Source: Myxococcota bacterium
GTDB lineage: Bacteria; Myxococcota_A; UBA796; UBA2385
Direction of reading: 5' to 3'
Assembly (NCBI GenBank): GCA_044344255.1
Contig: JBIJDH010000007.1
Location: 128,001 to 192,000, forward strand
Length of the DNA: 64,000 bases
The notes beneath the pieces were generated by a model that was not told the DNA's origin, searched no databases, and saw nothing but the letters and a program-made list of their open reading frames with translations. Positions within the stretch are counted from its first letter, which is position 1. Each line of letters begins with the position of its first letter. Positions 47,268-56,942 of the stretch are shown piece by piece. The translations under genes and the position numbers were made by a program.

Positions 47268-48518
47268 CTACTCGCCGAAGGAGCGGGTGAAGAGGTCGAT
47301 GATCGCCTGCTTGCCGGCGTCGTTCAGGAAGCGGGTGCCGGTGCCGGCGAAGTCGGCGGACTCGACGACGGGCTCTCCCTTCATCCAGGCCTCGTTCCGC
47401 CAGACGAACCAGCTCGCCTTCTCCTGGTCAAAGACCCACACCCGCTTGTTCCAGCGCCGGGCGAGCTCCACCGACCAGCCGGTGCCGCCGTGCACGGTGC
47501 CATCCGCCTGGATGGTGCCGATCACGAAGACCTGCGCGGCGTTGCTCACCACGTGCCACTGGGTCTGGAGGACCTTGCGGAGCATCTCCGTCTTGTCCCA
47601 GTGGCGGTGCAGGCGGTGGGCCACGTAGACGAGGCTCACGTCGCCGGCCGAGAGCTCACGGGGGTCGAGCACGCGCACCCCGACCTCACGCGCTTGAGTG
47701 TGGCCCTCAAAGGTGAAATTCACCTCCTTGATGCCGAACTTCTGCGCGAGCTCACCGAAGGTCGCCTCCGCGCCCTGGGCTCCGCCCGAGAAGAGCGTGC
47801 AGCCCGAGGGATGCGGGGAGGGCGGCTTGGTGATGGAGTCCTGCGCGTCCTCGGGCCGGAGCAGCATGCTCACAGGGTCGAGGTGCAGCTCCTCGGCGGT
47901 CACCGCAGCCCGCCCACCGGCCCGGAGGAGGCGGAGCGCGATGTCCGTCCCCTTGGGCTCGAGGTAGACCGCGGTGTCGAAGCGCTGCGCGAGCGCCTCC
48001 ACCTGGTCGTGGTGCTCCCGATGGATACGCAGCCCCACCCAGATGCGGATCGAGCGCTCCGCCGCCAACGCGCCCCAGGCCGCGCCGTCGTAGGTGGCGA
48101 CGTCCTGGCCGTCGAGGACGACGACGGTGGGCCGGAAGCCCATGACGTCGGCGAGGGTGCCGAGCAGGGCGCCGAGCTCCGCCGGCCCGAAGGCGCGGCC
48201 GAGGCAGGCGTGGATCACCCGGTGCCGTTCGATCGAGAGCTGGGCGGCGGCGCGCTCCAGCACCGGAGCCTCACGACCGATCTCCGTGAAGATCTCGTCG
48301 TAGAGGGAGCGGACCCGGGCCTGACCATCCGTGAGCGAGATGTGCAGGACGGGGACGCCGCGGAGGAGGTTGTGCAGGGCGACGTGGACGAGGAAGGCGG
48401 TCTTGCCTACCCCGGCCCGAGCCAGCACTCCGCCGGTCTGTCCGGCCTCCAGGCCCCCTCGAATCGAGGCGGCCACGGCCCGCATGGGGCTTCGTCCGAT
48501 CAGCTCTTCGCCGTACAT
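47268..48518 (-). CDS. Fusion of a RecA/KaiC-like P-loop ATPase and a SLOG-like domain
   Basis: Walker A ARAGVGKT and Walker B VVVLDG; C-domain FSGGAQGAE...GGTGWSVELA...VWVFDQ...FAGTGTR; RBS AAAGGAG in a 15-nt gap after fusA. Confidence 0.75.
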   Translation of the reverse strand: MYGEELIGRSPMRAVAASIRGGLEAGQTGGVLARAGVGKTAFLVHVALHNLLRGVPVLHISLTDGQARVRSLYDEIFTEIGREAPVLERAAAQLSIERHRVIHACLGRAFGPAELGALLGTLADVMGFRPTVVVLDGQDVATYDGAAWGALAAERSIRIWVGLRIHREHHDQVEALAQRFDTAVYLEPKGTDIALRLLRAGGRAAVTAEELHLDPVSMLLRPEDAQDSITKPPSPHPSGCTLFSGGAQGAEATFGELAQKFGIKEVNFTFEGHTQAREVGVRVLDPRELSAGDVSLVYVAHRLHRHWDKTEMLRKVLQTQWHVVSNAAQVFVIGTIQADGTVHGGTGWSVELARRWNKRVWVFDQEKASWFVWRNEAWMKGEPVVESADFAGTGTRFLNDAGKQAIIDLFTRSFGE

Positions 48519-48533
48519 GGCTGCTCCTTTGGT

Positions 48534-50624
48534 TCAGGCGTTCTTCTTGGCGTCCTGGTACTTCTTGATCAGCTCTTCGGAGACGTTGCCCGGCACCGGC
48601 GCATAGCGAGAGAACTCCATCGAGAACTCGGCCTTGCCCTGGGTGGAGGAGCGGATGGTGGTGGAGTATCCGAACATCTCGGCCAGGGGCACCTCGGCGT
48701 CGATCTGGGCGAAGCCGTCCTGCTCGGTCACCCCGAGCACCACGCCGCGGCGCTGCATCAGCGTGCCGACGATGGGGCCGTGGAACTCGGCGGGGCCCTC
48801 GCAGCTCACCTTCATGATGGGCTCGAGGATGATGGGCTTGGCCTTCTCGTAGACCGAGCGCCAGGCGCCGCGAGCGGCTTCCTGGAACGCGATGTCGGAG
48901 GAGTCGACCTGGTGGTAGGAGCCGAAGTTCAGGATCACCTTCACGCCGGTGACGGGGGCCTCGATGAGGCGGCCCTTGGCCTGCATGGAGACGAAGCCCT
49001 TGTTGACGGCCGGGATGAACTCGCGGGGGATGACGCCGCCCACCACTTCATCGACGAACTCGAAGGAGGGGCCGCCCTCCTGGGCCGGCTCGATGTAGCC
49101 TGCGACGCGGCCGTACTGACCGGAGCCGCCGGTCTGCTTCTTGTGGGTGTAGTCGTACTCGGCGCGGCGAGTGATGGTCTCGCGGTAGGCCACCCGGGGA
49201 GGGGAGGTCACGACGATGGCCTTGTACTCCCGCTTCATGCGCTCGACATAGACGTCGAGGTGGAGCTCGCCCATACCGGCGATGATGGTCTCACCGGTCT
49301 CGGGGTCAGCGCTGACGCGGAAGGTGGGGTCTTCCTTGCTGAAGCGCTGGAGCGCCTTCGACATGTTGATCTGGCTCGGGCCATCCTTGGGGGTGATGGT
49401 GAGGCTGATCACGGCGTCGGGGACGTGGATCGAGGTCATCGCGAGGTCGACGGTGCCGTCGGTGAAGGTGTCACCGCTGAAGCAGTCCACGCCGAAGAGG
49501 GCCACGATGTCACCCGCGCAGGCGTCCTCGATGTCCTCCATCTCGTTGGCGTGCATGCGGACGAGACGGCCGACCTTGACCTTCTTGCCGTTGCGGAGGT
49601 TGTGGATGAAGTCGCTCTTCCGGAGCACGCCCTGGTAGATGCGGACGTAGGTGAGCTGCCCGTAGCGGCCGTCCTCGAGCTTGAAGGCCAGCGAGATCAA
49701 CGGGCCATCGGTCTGGCAGGGCACCACCACCCGCTCGCTCGTCGAAGAGCCCATGTCGATGGCCTCGTTGACGACGTCGGTGGGGTTCGGGAGCCAGGCC
49801 ACGACGGAGTCGAGGAGCTTCTGCACGCCCTTGTTCTTGTAGGCGCTGCCGCAGAGCACCGGGGTGATCTGCATGCCGATGGTGGCCTTGCGGATGGCGG
49901 CGTTGAAGATGTCCTCGGTGACCTCCTCCATCAACATGGCCTCGGTGAGCTCGTCGGAGAACATGCTCACGCTGTCGAGGAGGGTCTCGCGGTAGGCGTT
50001 GGCCTCATCGAGCATGTCGGCGGGGATCTCATCCTCGCGCACGTTCTCGCCGTTGTCGCCCTCGTAGTAGTAGGCCTTCATGGCCACGAGATCGACGATG
50101 CCCTTGAACTTCTCCTCAAGGCCGATCGGGAGCTGGACCATCACGGCGTTGTGGTGCAGCTTCTCGCGGAGCTGGTTCTTCACGCGGATGGGGTTGGCGC
50201 CCTGACGGTCACACTTGTTGACGAAGGCGACGCGGGGCACGTTGTAGCGCCGCATCTGCCGGTCCACCGTGATGGACTGGCTCTGCACACCCGCCACCGA
50301 GCAGAGGACCAGGACGGCGCCGTCGAGGACGCGGAGCGCGCGCTCCACCTCGATGGTGAAGTCGACGTGCCCTGGGGTGTCGATGATGTTGATGTGGTGA
50401 TCGCCCCAGCCGCAGTGCGTCGCGGCGGACTGGATGGTGATGCCGCGCTCACGCTCCAGCTCCATGAAGTCCATCTTGGCGCCGACCGAGTCCTTGCCCT
50501 TCACTTCGTGAATGGCGTGGATCTTGTCGGTGTAGAACAGAATTCGCTCGGTCAAGGTGGTCTTGCCCGAATCGATGTGGGCGCTGATCCCGATGTTGCG
50601 CACGCGGGCGAGGTCGGTGATCAC
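48534..50624 (-). CDS. fusA: Elongation factor G (stand-alone, spdEFG1/mtEFG1-like)
   Basis: [49 protein letters not shown]; no rpsL/rpsG/tuf neighbours. Confidence 0.96.
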   Translation of the reverse strand: MITDLARVRNIGISAHIDSGKTTLTERILFYTDKIHAIHEVKGKDSVGAKMDFMELERERGITIQSAATHCGWGDHHINIIDTPGHVDFTIEVERALRVLDGAVLVLCSVAGVQSQSITVDRQMRRYNVPRVAFVNKCDRQGANPIRVKNQLREKLHHNAVMVQLPIGLEEKFKGIVDLVAMKAYYYEGDNGENVREDEIPADMLDEANAYRETLLDSVSMFSDELTEAMLMEEVTEDIFNAAIRKATIGMQITPVLCGSAYKNKGVQKLLDSVVAWLPNPTDVVNEAIDMGSSTSERVVVPCQTDGPLISLAFKLEDGRYGQLTYVRIYQGVLRKSDFIHNLRNGKKVKVGRLVRMHANEMEDIEDACAGDIVALFGVDCFSGDTFTDGTVDLAMTSIHVPDAVISLTITPKDGPSQINMSKALQRFSKEDPTFRVSADPETGETIIAGMGELHLDVYVERMKREYKAIVVTSPPRVAYRETITRRAEYDYTHKKQTGGSGQYGRVAGYIEPAQEGGPSFEFVDEVVGGVIPREFIPAVNKGFVSMQAKGRLIEAPVTGVKVILNFGSYHQVDSSDIAFQEAARGAWRSVYEKAKPIILEPIMKVSCEGPAEFHGPIVGTLMQRRGVVLGVTEQDGFAQIDAEVPLAEMFGYSTTIRSSTQGKAEFSMEFSRYAPVPGNVSEELIKKYQDAKKNA

Positions 50625-50927
50625 GGGGAGCTCCTGATGATGAATTAGTTTCCCGGCGGGGGCCGCGCGATTATCCATGCTCACCCTCGCGGGCAAGGGC
50701 CGGGTAGGGCTTGCTGGCCCATCGATGGGGCGCGGGTCAGGCGTCTGGGGTAAGCCAGGCGCGGGTGGCTCCGGGGATCGGGTAGGGGACCGCTGCGCTT
50801 TTGAGGGAGGGGCTGCTCGGGCCTCTCGCTCTCCCACCCCCCGTGACGTTGCCGTGACAGCCGTTTCAGGTCAGGTTTCGGGGGGTGGAGTGTCTTTGTT
50901 TGAGCGTCGGCGCGAAGGGAGCTCCGG

Positions 50928-52760
50928 ATGAGCTGGTTGAACCGAGTCGTCGGCGGGAGCGCGGTCCTCGCCCTGTCCACCTTCGCCCTCCCGGCGCGGG
51001 CCGATCGCGCCGAGACCGTGCAGCGCCTCGTCGCCGAGTCGCGGTCCGAGGACGCCCGGGAGAAGTGCGAGAAGTGGGGCGCCGCCTCGATCACCGACGA
51101 CCCTGCGCTCCGCGAGGCCTGCGCCCAGGCCTTCGCGCTGCAAGCGGAGGCCGCGGCGCGCATCGAAGACTGGGCCAGCTTCCGCGAGCGATGGTCCGGG
51201 ACCCGCGCTGCCCGTGAGGCCCTGCCCCGGGAGGCGGCGGTGGCCCTGGTGGAGATCCCCGACGACGCGCCGGAGGACGAGCTCATCGAGGCGGCAGACC
51301 GCTACAAGGGCACCCCCGCCGAGCCCACCCTCCGCAGCCGCGCCGCCGACTCCGCGGTGCGCGACGCCGCCACCCCCAAGGCCGCGGCGAGCGTCGCCCA
51401 GCGTTACCCCGCCCACCCTGGCCTCCCCGCCCTCGTCGAGCGCTTCCCGGAGGGCTTCGTCAAGGTCGTGGTGGTCGGCCGCTCGGTGCAGATCGCCGTC
51501 GAGCCGCCGATCGAGCTGCTCGGCCCCCGCCGGCCCCAGAGCCGCTTCGTGCTCCGCGACGCGGAGGGCCAGCTCCGGCCCTGGGACGAGGCCGCGCGCG
51601 CGCTGCTGCTGGCGAGCGGGGTCACGCAGGCGGCGATCGACGCCGTGCCCGTGCCCAAGGAGGGGCTGCGCTACCCGGTCTGTTGGGCCCCCTCCCTCGG
51701 CCAGGAGCAGGTGGCCGGCGTCGCGGTGAGCGTGGGCTCGGGCTCCCTCTTCCGACCGATCGCGTGGGACCCTGGCTGCGGGCCGGACGCCTGGCCGGCC
51801 CCGATCGTGCTCCAGCAGGGGCGGCTCGTCGGGCTCTCGATGGGCCCGGGCGAGCGCCTCGACGCGCGCGGCAGCGCCCTGCCCGGCGGGCGGCAGAGCA
51901 TCCGCGCCTTCGTCGGTGAGCCCGAGCCCGTGCCCTTCCTCGAGGGGGAGGCCCTGCTCCGGCGCTTCGGGGGCCTCTGGATGGGAGACCCGCTGCACGG
52001 CGGCGCCCCCTGGGTGACCGGGCGCGACCCGGGCCCCGCCGCCCAGCCGCTGAGCGCCGAGCTCTTCCGCGGGCCGCTGCCGGCGGGCTGGGTGAGCCGG
52101 CCGGAGGGGGACGACCAGCGCATCAGCGGGGCCGCCCTCGACAAGGCCGGCGTCTCGGCGCCCTGGACCCTCCCCGCTGGCGAGCTCCGCGTCGCGAGCC
52201 CGATCGCGGCGGCGGCGCTCGGCCTGCGCCCCCGCGCTTCGGAGGCGGTGGTGGCCCCCCTCGGCGCCGACGCCGGCTGGCTGCGCGCCCCCGACGGCTC
52301 CGTCGAGCGGCAGCCCCCCACGGGCGGCTCGCCGGCGGGCCTCTATCTGCTGCCGCCGGCCGATCTCGAGCGCTCGCTCGCGGTGGCCGCGATGGCGGGC
52401 CTGGACGCCGCCCAGCTCGTCGGCCTCGACGGTTGGGGGGTCGATCTCGACCTCGATCGCGTCCAGGAGACGGTGCTCCGCGTCACCTACCAGGGCGGTG
52501 GCCTCCTGATCGTGCTCGACCCCTTCGCCGCGGGCCCGGTCTCGTCGATCGCCGACGCGCGGGTCTTCGCGATCAGCGCGCCGCGGGCGGTGATCGACCA
52601 GCACGCGGTCGGCACCCCCTTCACCTTCCGGCGGGGGAGCACCGTCTACTTCGCCTGGACGGGGCTCGAGGCCGCCGGGAGCGCCGCCCCCCGCGCCTTC
52701 GTCGAGCTGCTGCGGGCGGAGGGGCCGAGCTACCGGGCCGAGGCGGTCGACCTGCCCTGA
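50928..52760 (+). CDS. Secreted hypothetical protein
   Basis: Signal peptide ending ALPARA; helical repeats followed by a beta-rich region; GC3-biased frame. Confidence 0.7.
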   Translation: MSWLNRVVGGSAVLALSTFALPARADRAETVQRLVAESRSEDAREKCEKWGAASITDDPALREACAQAFALQAEAAARIEDWASFRERWSGTRAAREALPREAAVALVEIPDDAPEDELIEAADRYKGTPAEPTLRSRAADSAVRDAATPKAAASVAQRYPAHPGLPALVERFPEGFVKVVVVGRSVQIAVEPPIELLGPRRPQSRFVLRDAEGQLRPWDEAARALLLASGVTQAAIDAVPVPKEGLRYPVCWAPSLGQEQVAGVAVSVGSGSLFRPIAWDPGCGPDAWPAPIVLQQGRLVGLSMGPGERLDARGSALPGGRQSIRAFVGEPEPVPFLEGEALLRRFGGLWMGDPLHGGAPWVTGRDPGPAAQPLSAELFRGPLPAGWVSRPEGDDQRISGAALDKAGVSAPWTLPAGELRVASPIAAAALGLRPRASEAVVAPLGADAGWLRAPDGSVERQPPTGGSPAGLYLLPPADLERSLAVAAMAGLDAAQLVGLDGWGVDLDLDRVQETVLRVTYQGGGLLIVLDPFAAGPVSSIADARVFAISAPRAVIDQHAVGTPFTFRRGSTVYFAWTGLEAAGSAAPRAFVELLRAEGPSYRAEAVDLP

Positions 52761-52793
52761 GCCGGTCTCTCGGGCGAGGCCGGGGCGGCTCGG

Positions 52794-53267
52794 CTATTTG
52801 CCGTACTTGGCCGCGGAGAAGATGATGACGATGCCGCGCTCCGCCTCTTGGATGAGGGCGGTGGGCGGGGCGGGCAAGGGCGTGGCGGCGTTCAGGGCCT
52901 CGATCGCCGACTCGTCGAAGGACTTGTTGTCCGACATCTTGGCGGGGCTCAGGCTGAGGATGCTGCCGTCCTCCCCGAGCTTGACCAGGATCTGAGCCTC
53001 CATCGTGGGGTTCTTCTTGATCACCTTCGCCTTGGGCGCCCACTTGGCGAGCACCGCGGCGCGGCAGTCCTTGATGTAGCTGGCGAGATCGACCTCCGCC
53101 TCGACGGGGGCGGCCTCCTCGACCGGCGCGGCCTTGGACTCGATGGTGGGCATGTTGTCGAGGAGGGAGTCGAGGCCGCCGCTGGCCGGCTCCTCGGCAG
53201 CCGCGCTGCCGAGGTTGAGCAGCGTGAGGGAGGAGAAGAGGGCGAGGGTGCTGATCCTGCGGGTCAC
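52794..53267 (-). CDS. TonB/TolA C-terminal-domain protein
   Basis: N-terminal signal/TM; YIKDCRAAVLAKW..ILVKLGEDGSIL..SDNKSFDESAIEAL..PLPAPP. Confidence 0.82.
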   Translation of the reverse strand: MTRRISTLALFSSLTLLNLGSAAAEEPASGGLDSLLDNMPTIESKAAPVEEAAPVEAEVDLASYIKDCRAAVLAKWAPKAKVIKKNPTMEAQILVKLGEDGSILSLSPAKMSDNKSFDESAIEALNAATPLPAPPTALIQEAERGIVIIFSAAKYGK

Positions 53268-53436
53268 GGCGTACCTCCAGGCGGTTGGCCGATTGAAACC
53301 GAAACGCTCCCCAGCCTATTCCGTCGGGGCGCCGCGCGGGTGGGGCGCTGCCTGGACGGCGGGCGGGCCGGCGGGACCCGGAGGCCCGGGCCTGGGGGCG
53401 TGGTACCTTCCGGGGCCCGCTGGACGCAGGCTCACC

Positions 53437-54768
53437 GTGGAGCTCCGCTTGTCTCCCTCCCCGAGCGCCGTGATCATCCCCGCCCTCCTCTCCGGCGGCG
53501 CGGGGAGCCGGCTTTGGCCTCTGTCGCGCGAGCGGTTCCCGAAGCAGCTGCTCCCTCTGCTCGGCGAGCGAACGCTGCTCCAGGAGGCGCTGCGCCGCGT
53601 CTCGGACCGCTCCCGCTACGCGGCGCCGATCGTCGTCGGGAATGAAGAGCTGCGCTTTGTCCTCGCCGAGCAGGTCCGCCAGGAGGCGCAGGGGCCGGTC
53701 ACCATCGCGCTCGAGCCCTTGGGCCGGAACACCGCCGCCGCCACCGCCGCCGCCGCGCTCTTGGCGGCTCGCGAGCACCCGGACGGGCTCCTCCTCGTCC
53801 TGCCCGCCGATCAGCTCGTCCGCGATCTCTCCGCCTTTCACGCCGCCGTGGACGCGGCGGTGCGGGAGGCGCTCGCGGGGAGGCTCGTCGCCTTCGGCGC
53901 GGTGGGCGAGGGCACCTCGGAGGGCGCGATCGGCGGCAGCGGCATGTACCTCCTGCCGATCGTCCCCTTCCTCCGGGAGCTCGAGGCGCGGGCCCCCGCC
54001 GTGCTCTCCGCCGTCGCCGCCTCCGTGTCGGCCGGCCGCACCGACCTCGACTTCTTCCGCCTCGACCCCATGGCCTTCGCGCTCGCCCCCGCGCTGTCGC
54101 TCGACGAGGCCGTCCTCGACGACAACCCGCTCAGCCGCCGACAGCCCCCGGTGCCGGGGTGCCGGGCGGTGGGCTCCTGGGCCTCGCTCTGGGAGGAGGG
54201 CGACAAGGACGCCGATGGCAACGTCGTCCTCGGCGATGCGCTGGCGATGGACTCTCGGGGCTCGTACGTGCGCTCCGAAGACCGCCTCACCGCCGTCATC
54301 GGCGTGGACGACCTCGTCGTCATCACCACCGAGGACGCCGTCCTCGTCGCCCCCCGCGCCCGCGCCGATGAGGTGCGCCAGGTCGCCCTCGAGCTGAAGG
54401 GCCGTGGTCGCGGCGAGGTGGAGCAGCACCCGAAGGTGCACCGCCCCTGGGGCACCTACCAGGGCCTGCACGGCGGTGAGCGGCACCAGGTCAAGTGCCT
54501 GACGATCAAGCCGGGGGCCCGCATCTCGTTGCAGCGCCACTTCCACCGCGCCGAACACTGGGTGGTGGTCAAGGGCACCGCGCTCGTCACGCGCGGCGAA
54601 GAGCAGAGCCTCGTCTACGAGAACCAGTCCATCTACATCCCGATGGGGACGCTCCACCGCCTGGAGAACCCGGGCCGGGTTCCCCTCGAGATCATCGAGG
54701 TCCAGTCCGGGAGCTACCTGGGGGAGGACGACATCGTTCGTGTGGACGACGCTTACGGCCGCTCCTGA
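53437..54768 (+). CDS. manC: ManC-like GMP/PMI protein with a degenerate nucleotidyltransferase domain
   Basis: LSGGAGSRLWPLSR..PKQ, EPLGRNTA; intact cupin HRPWG, SLQRHFHRAEHW, EVQSGSYLGEDDI. ETGYGYI and FVEKP are missing. Start uncertain. Confidence 0.85.
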   Translation: MELRLSPSPSAVIIPALLSGGAGSRLWPLSRERFPKQLLPLLGERTLLQEALRRVSDRSRYAAPIVVGNEELRFVLAEQVRQEAQGPVTIALEPLGRNTAAATAAAALLAAREHPDGLLLVLPADQLVRDLSAFHAAVDAAVREALAGRLVAFGAVGEGTSEGAIGGSGMYLLPIVPFLRELEARAPAVLSAVAASVSAGRTDLDFFRLDPMAFALAPALSLDEAVLDDNPLSRRQPPVPGCRAVGSWASLWEEGDKDADGNVVLGDALAMDSRGSYVRSEDRLTAVIGVDDLVVITTEDAVLVAPRARADEVRQVALELKGRGRGEVEQHPKVHRPWGTYQGLHGGERHQVKCLTIKPGARISLQRHFHRAEHWVVVKGTALVTRGEEQSLVYENQSIYIPMGTLHRLENPGRVPLEIIEVQSGSYLGEDDIVRVDDAYGRS

Positions 54769-54792
54769 GGCCCCGCGCCCCGCGGCCGCCGC

Positions 54793-55032
54793 TCAGCGGG
54801 CGAGGGGAGCGTCGGGCAGGGCGTCTTCGACCGCGTGCAGGATCGTGCGCTCGTCGGGGAAGCCGCTCTCGGTCTTCTCGGCGACCTTCACGCCGGCCAC
54901 CCAAACGGTGAACTCGCCGCGGTCACCAGGGGTGAGGCGGGTCTCGACGTCAAGCTCTTCGAGGATGAGGGCCGCCACACGGGCCGCCCGGGGTTTGTAG
55001 TTTCAAGACAGACAGTAACGAATCTCGATCAC
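54793..55032 (-). CDS. SelW/Rdx-family selenoprotein (CxxU), in-frame UGA at 55005-55003
   Basis: SD GGAGGT + GTG; MIEIRYCLS-U-NYKPRAARVAALILEELDVETRLTPGDRGEFTVWVAGVKVAEKTESGFPDE; GxF and FP motifs of the Rdx family. Confidence 0.9.
54969..54989 (-). promoter_or_regulatory. Candidate bacterial SECIS hairpin
   Basis: GGGCGGCC-CGUGU-GGCGGCCC (one G-G mismatch) begins 13 nt after the UGA; G in loop position 2. Confidence 0.7.
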
Positions 55033-55107
55033 GTGCACCTCCCCCGGGAGGGTATTCCCGAAGGAGGGCGCGTCAAGCCGCAGCGGGGTTCATGAGGCTG
55101 GGCGAGC

Positions 55108-56859
55108 TCAAGGCGCGGAGAGGGCGGCCTCTACGAGCAGGCGCCGCTCGGCGGCGTGCGTGAGGAGCGCCTCCTGAGCGCTCTCCCAGGCGGCCTCGTC
55201 GGTGAGCAGCGTGCTGCCGCTCACCTCGCCGCCGTCGCCGAAGAGGGCGGGCTGGACCAGGGCGCTGAGCTCGGCGGTGCGGGTGGACAGGCTGTCCTCG
55301 GCGTAGGCCCCCTCGACGGCGAGGGCGAGGGCGTCTTGGTAGGCCTGCCCGTAGACCGCGTCGTCAAGCAGGTAGCGGATGAGCGGCCAGTCGTCGGTCA
55401 CCGTCTCGTGGAGGATCGCGGTCTCTCCCATGAGGCTGTCCTGGAGCGACAGGTTGTGGTCCCAGGGGATCCAGGTCAGTCGGCCGCCCTCGTCGGGCGC
55501 CCCGTACAAGTAGAAATTGTGGGCGAGGCCGCCGTAGGTGTCCCAGTTCTCGATGGCGGTGTTCACGGCGTACCACCGCAAGAACCCTTCGACGTCAAAG
55601 GTGGCCTCGAGGCCGGCCCGCCAGGCGCCGGCGTCGCTGCGATCGGCCGTGAGCGCGGCCTGGAAGGCGATGACGTCGCTGTAGTCGGCCTCCTCCTCGT
55701 TCGTCTTCTTCTCGAAGCTGGCCTCGTCGAAGCAACCCAGGTCTGCGCAGTCACCGTCGGGCTTGTAGAGGTTGCCGCTGTCGTCGCCGAAGACGGTGTC
55801 CATCATCTCGTCGGAGGGGTCCTCGGTGGCGGTGTACAGCCCGAGATAGGCGGGGCCCTCGCCGGAGTCCAGATAGACCTGATAGAAGGCGCTGCGGGCC
55901 ACGGGGATCCCGCGATCGGCCAGGATCTCGCTGGCGAGCACCTCTCGAATGAGGGTGTCGTCGCCCTGACCGTTGCCGAAGACCAGCTCCTTGAACCCGA
56001 AGAAGCGCTGATCTTCGATCTCGGGGTGCTCGTCTTCGTAGTGGTCGAAGTGGAGGCGGAAGGGGAGCTTGTTGACGCCGAGGCCCCAGGTCTGGCTCAA
56101 GGTGGCGTTGCCCTTGTAGCGCATGCCGACGCTGCACCAGCGCTCGCCGTCGACCTCGACGAGGGCGGGTACGTAGGAGGGATCTCCGCTCAGGAGGTCG
56201 GTGGCGCCGCCCTCTCCACCCCCACCGTCGGGGGGGCCGCCGCCGCCGTCGTCGGGGATACACCAGAGGGCGCCGTCGGTGCCCGTGTCACAGGTGCCAT
56301 CGACGGGGGTGCCGCCCATGTCCAGGGTGCAGGGGTCTCCCGCGCTCAGCCCCTCGCAGGCCGCGGTCATCGCCGCCACCACCTCCTCGGGGGGCTCGCC
56401 ACCGCCGCCACCGCCGCCGCCGCCGCCGCCTGCGTCTTCACCCGCGCCGAAGGCCGTGCCGGTGAGCGTCTCGAGCTCGGCGTACATCGACGCCTGGCTC
56501 TCGGCGTCGATGCGGAGGGTGACGGTGTGGAGGACGCTGAGGTCAAAGACGGCGTCGTAGTCGGGGGGGCCGGCCTTGCCGTGCGTCTCGTCGGCCCAGC
56601 CCTGGGGCCGATCCCCGTCGAGGGTACAATCGGCGACGCTGGCGCCGTCTCCTGCTCCGCTCCCGCTGCCGGTGTCACCGTCACTCCCGCCGCTGTCTTC
56701 GGCGTCCCCGCCGCCCCCTGCCTTGGCGCTCGAGTCGGCGCAGCCCAACGCCAACAGGCTGAGGAGGCAGAGCGGAGCCAAGCGCGCCGAAGAAGCGGTA
56801 GGAGGTGACCAAGAGGTGTGTGTGGGAGTGCAGGAGATCGGTCGGAGCGGGGAGCGCAT
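55108..56859 (-). CDS. CotH-family kinase lipoprotein with a Gly-rich/Cys4 insertion
   Basis: Lipobox LALGC; VGMRYKGN, YLGLY..ED, GNLYKP, NWDTY..HNFYLY, WIPWDHNLS. Confidence 0.9.
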   Translation of the reverse strand: MRSPLRPISCTPTHTSWSPPTASSARLAPLCLLSLLALGCADSSAKAGGGGDAEDSGGSDGDTGSGSGAGDGASVADCTLDGDRPQGWADETHGKAGPPDYDAVFDLSVLHTVTLRIDAESQASMYAELETLTGTAFGAGEDAGGGGGGGGGGGEPPEEVVAAMTAACEGLSAGDPCTLDMGGTPVDGTCDTGTDGALWCIPDDGGGGPPDGGGGEGGATDLLSGDPSYVPALVEVDGERWCSVGMRYKGNATLSQTWGLGVNKLPFRLHFDHYEDEHPEIEDQRFFGFKELVFGNGQGDDTLIREVLASEILADRGIPVARSAFYQVYLDSGEGPAYLGLYTATEDPSDEMMDTVFGDDSGNLYKPDGDCADLGCFDEASFEKKTNEEEADYSDVIAFQAALTADRSDAGAWRAGLEATFDVEGFLRWYAVNTAIENWDTYGGLAHNFYLYGAPDEGGRLTWIPWDHNLSLQDSLMGETAILHETVTDDWPLIRYLLDDAVYGQAYQDALALAVEGAYAEDSLSTRTAELSALVQPALFGDGGEVSGSTLLTDEAAWESAQEALLTHAAERRLLVEAALSAP

Positions 56860-56942
56860 GTTCACCTCGTGCCCCCTCAACGCGGCGCGCGTCGGAACCT
56901 GGAGGGCCTGGAGTGAGAATTGTGCGGCCGGCCGTGGGGCCC

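Noticed and set aside
47490..50648. 1052-aa plus ORF (similarly 58052..60784, 22965..25154 and 18782..20710)
   Set aside because: Antisense to fusA, the Mo subunit, ompA/lpxD and dnaX respectively.
50625..50927. Possible structured RNA upstream of fusA
   Set aside because: No recognisable riboswitch or ncRNA motif; most simply a divergent promoter region.
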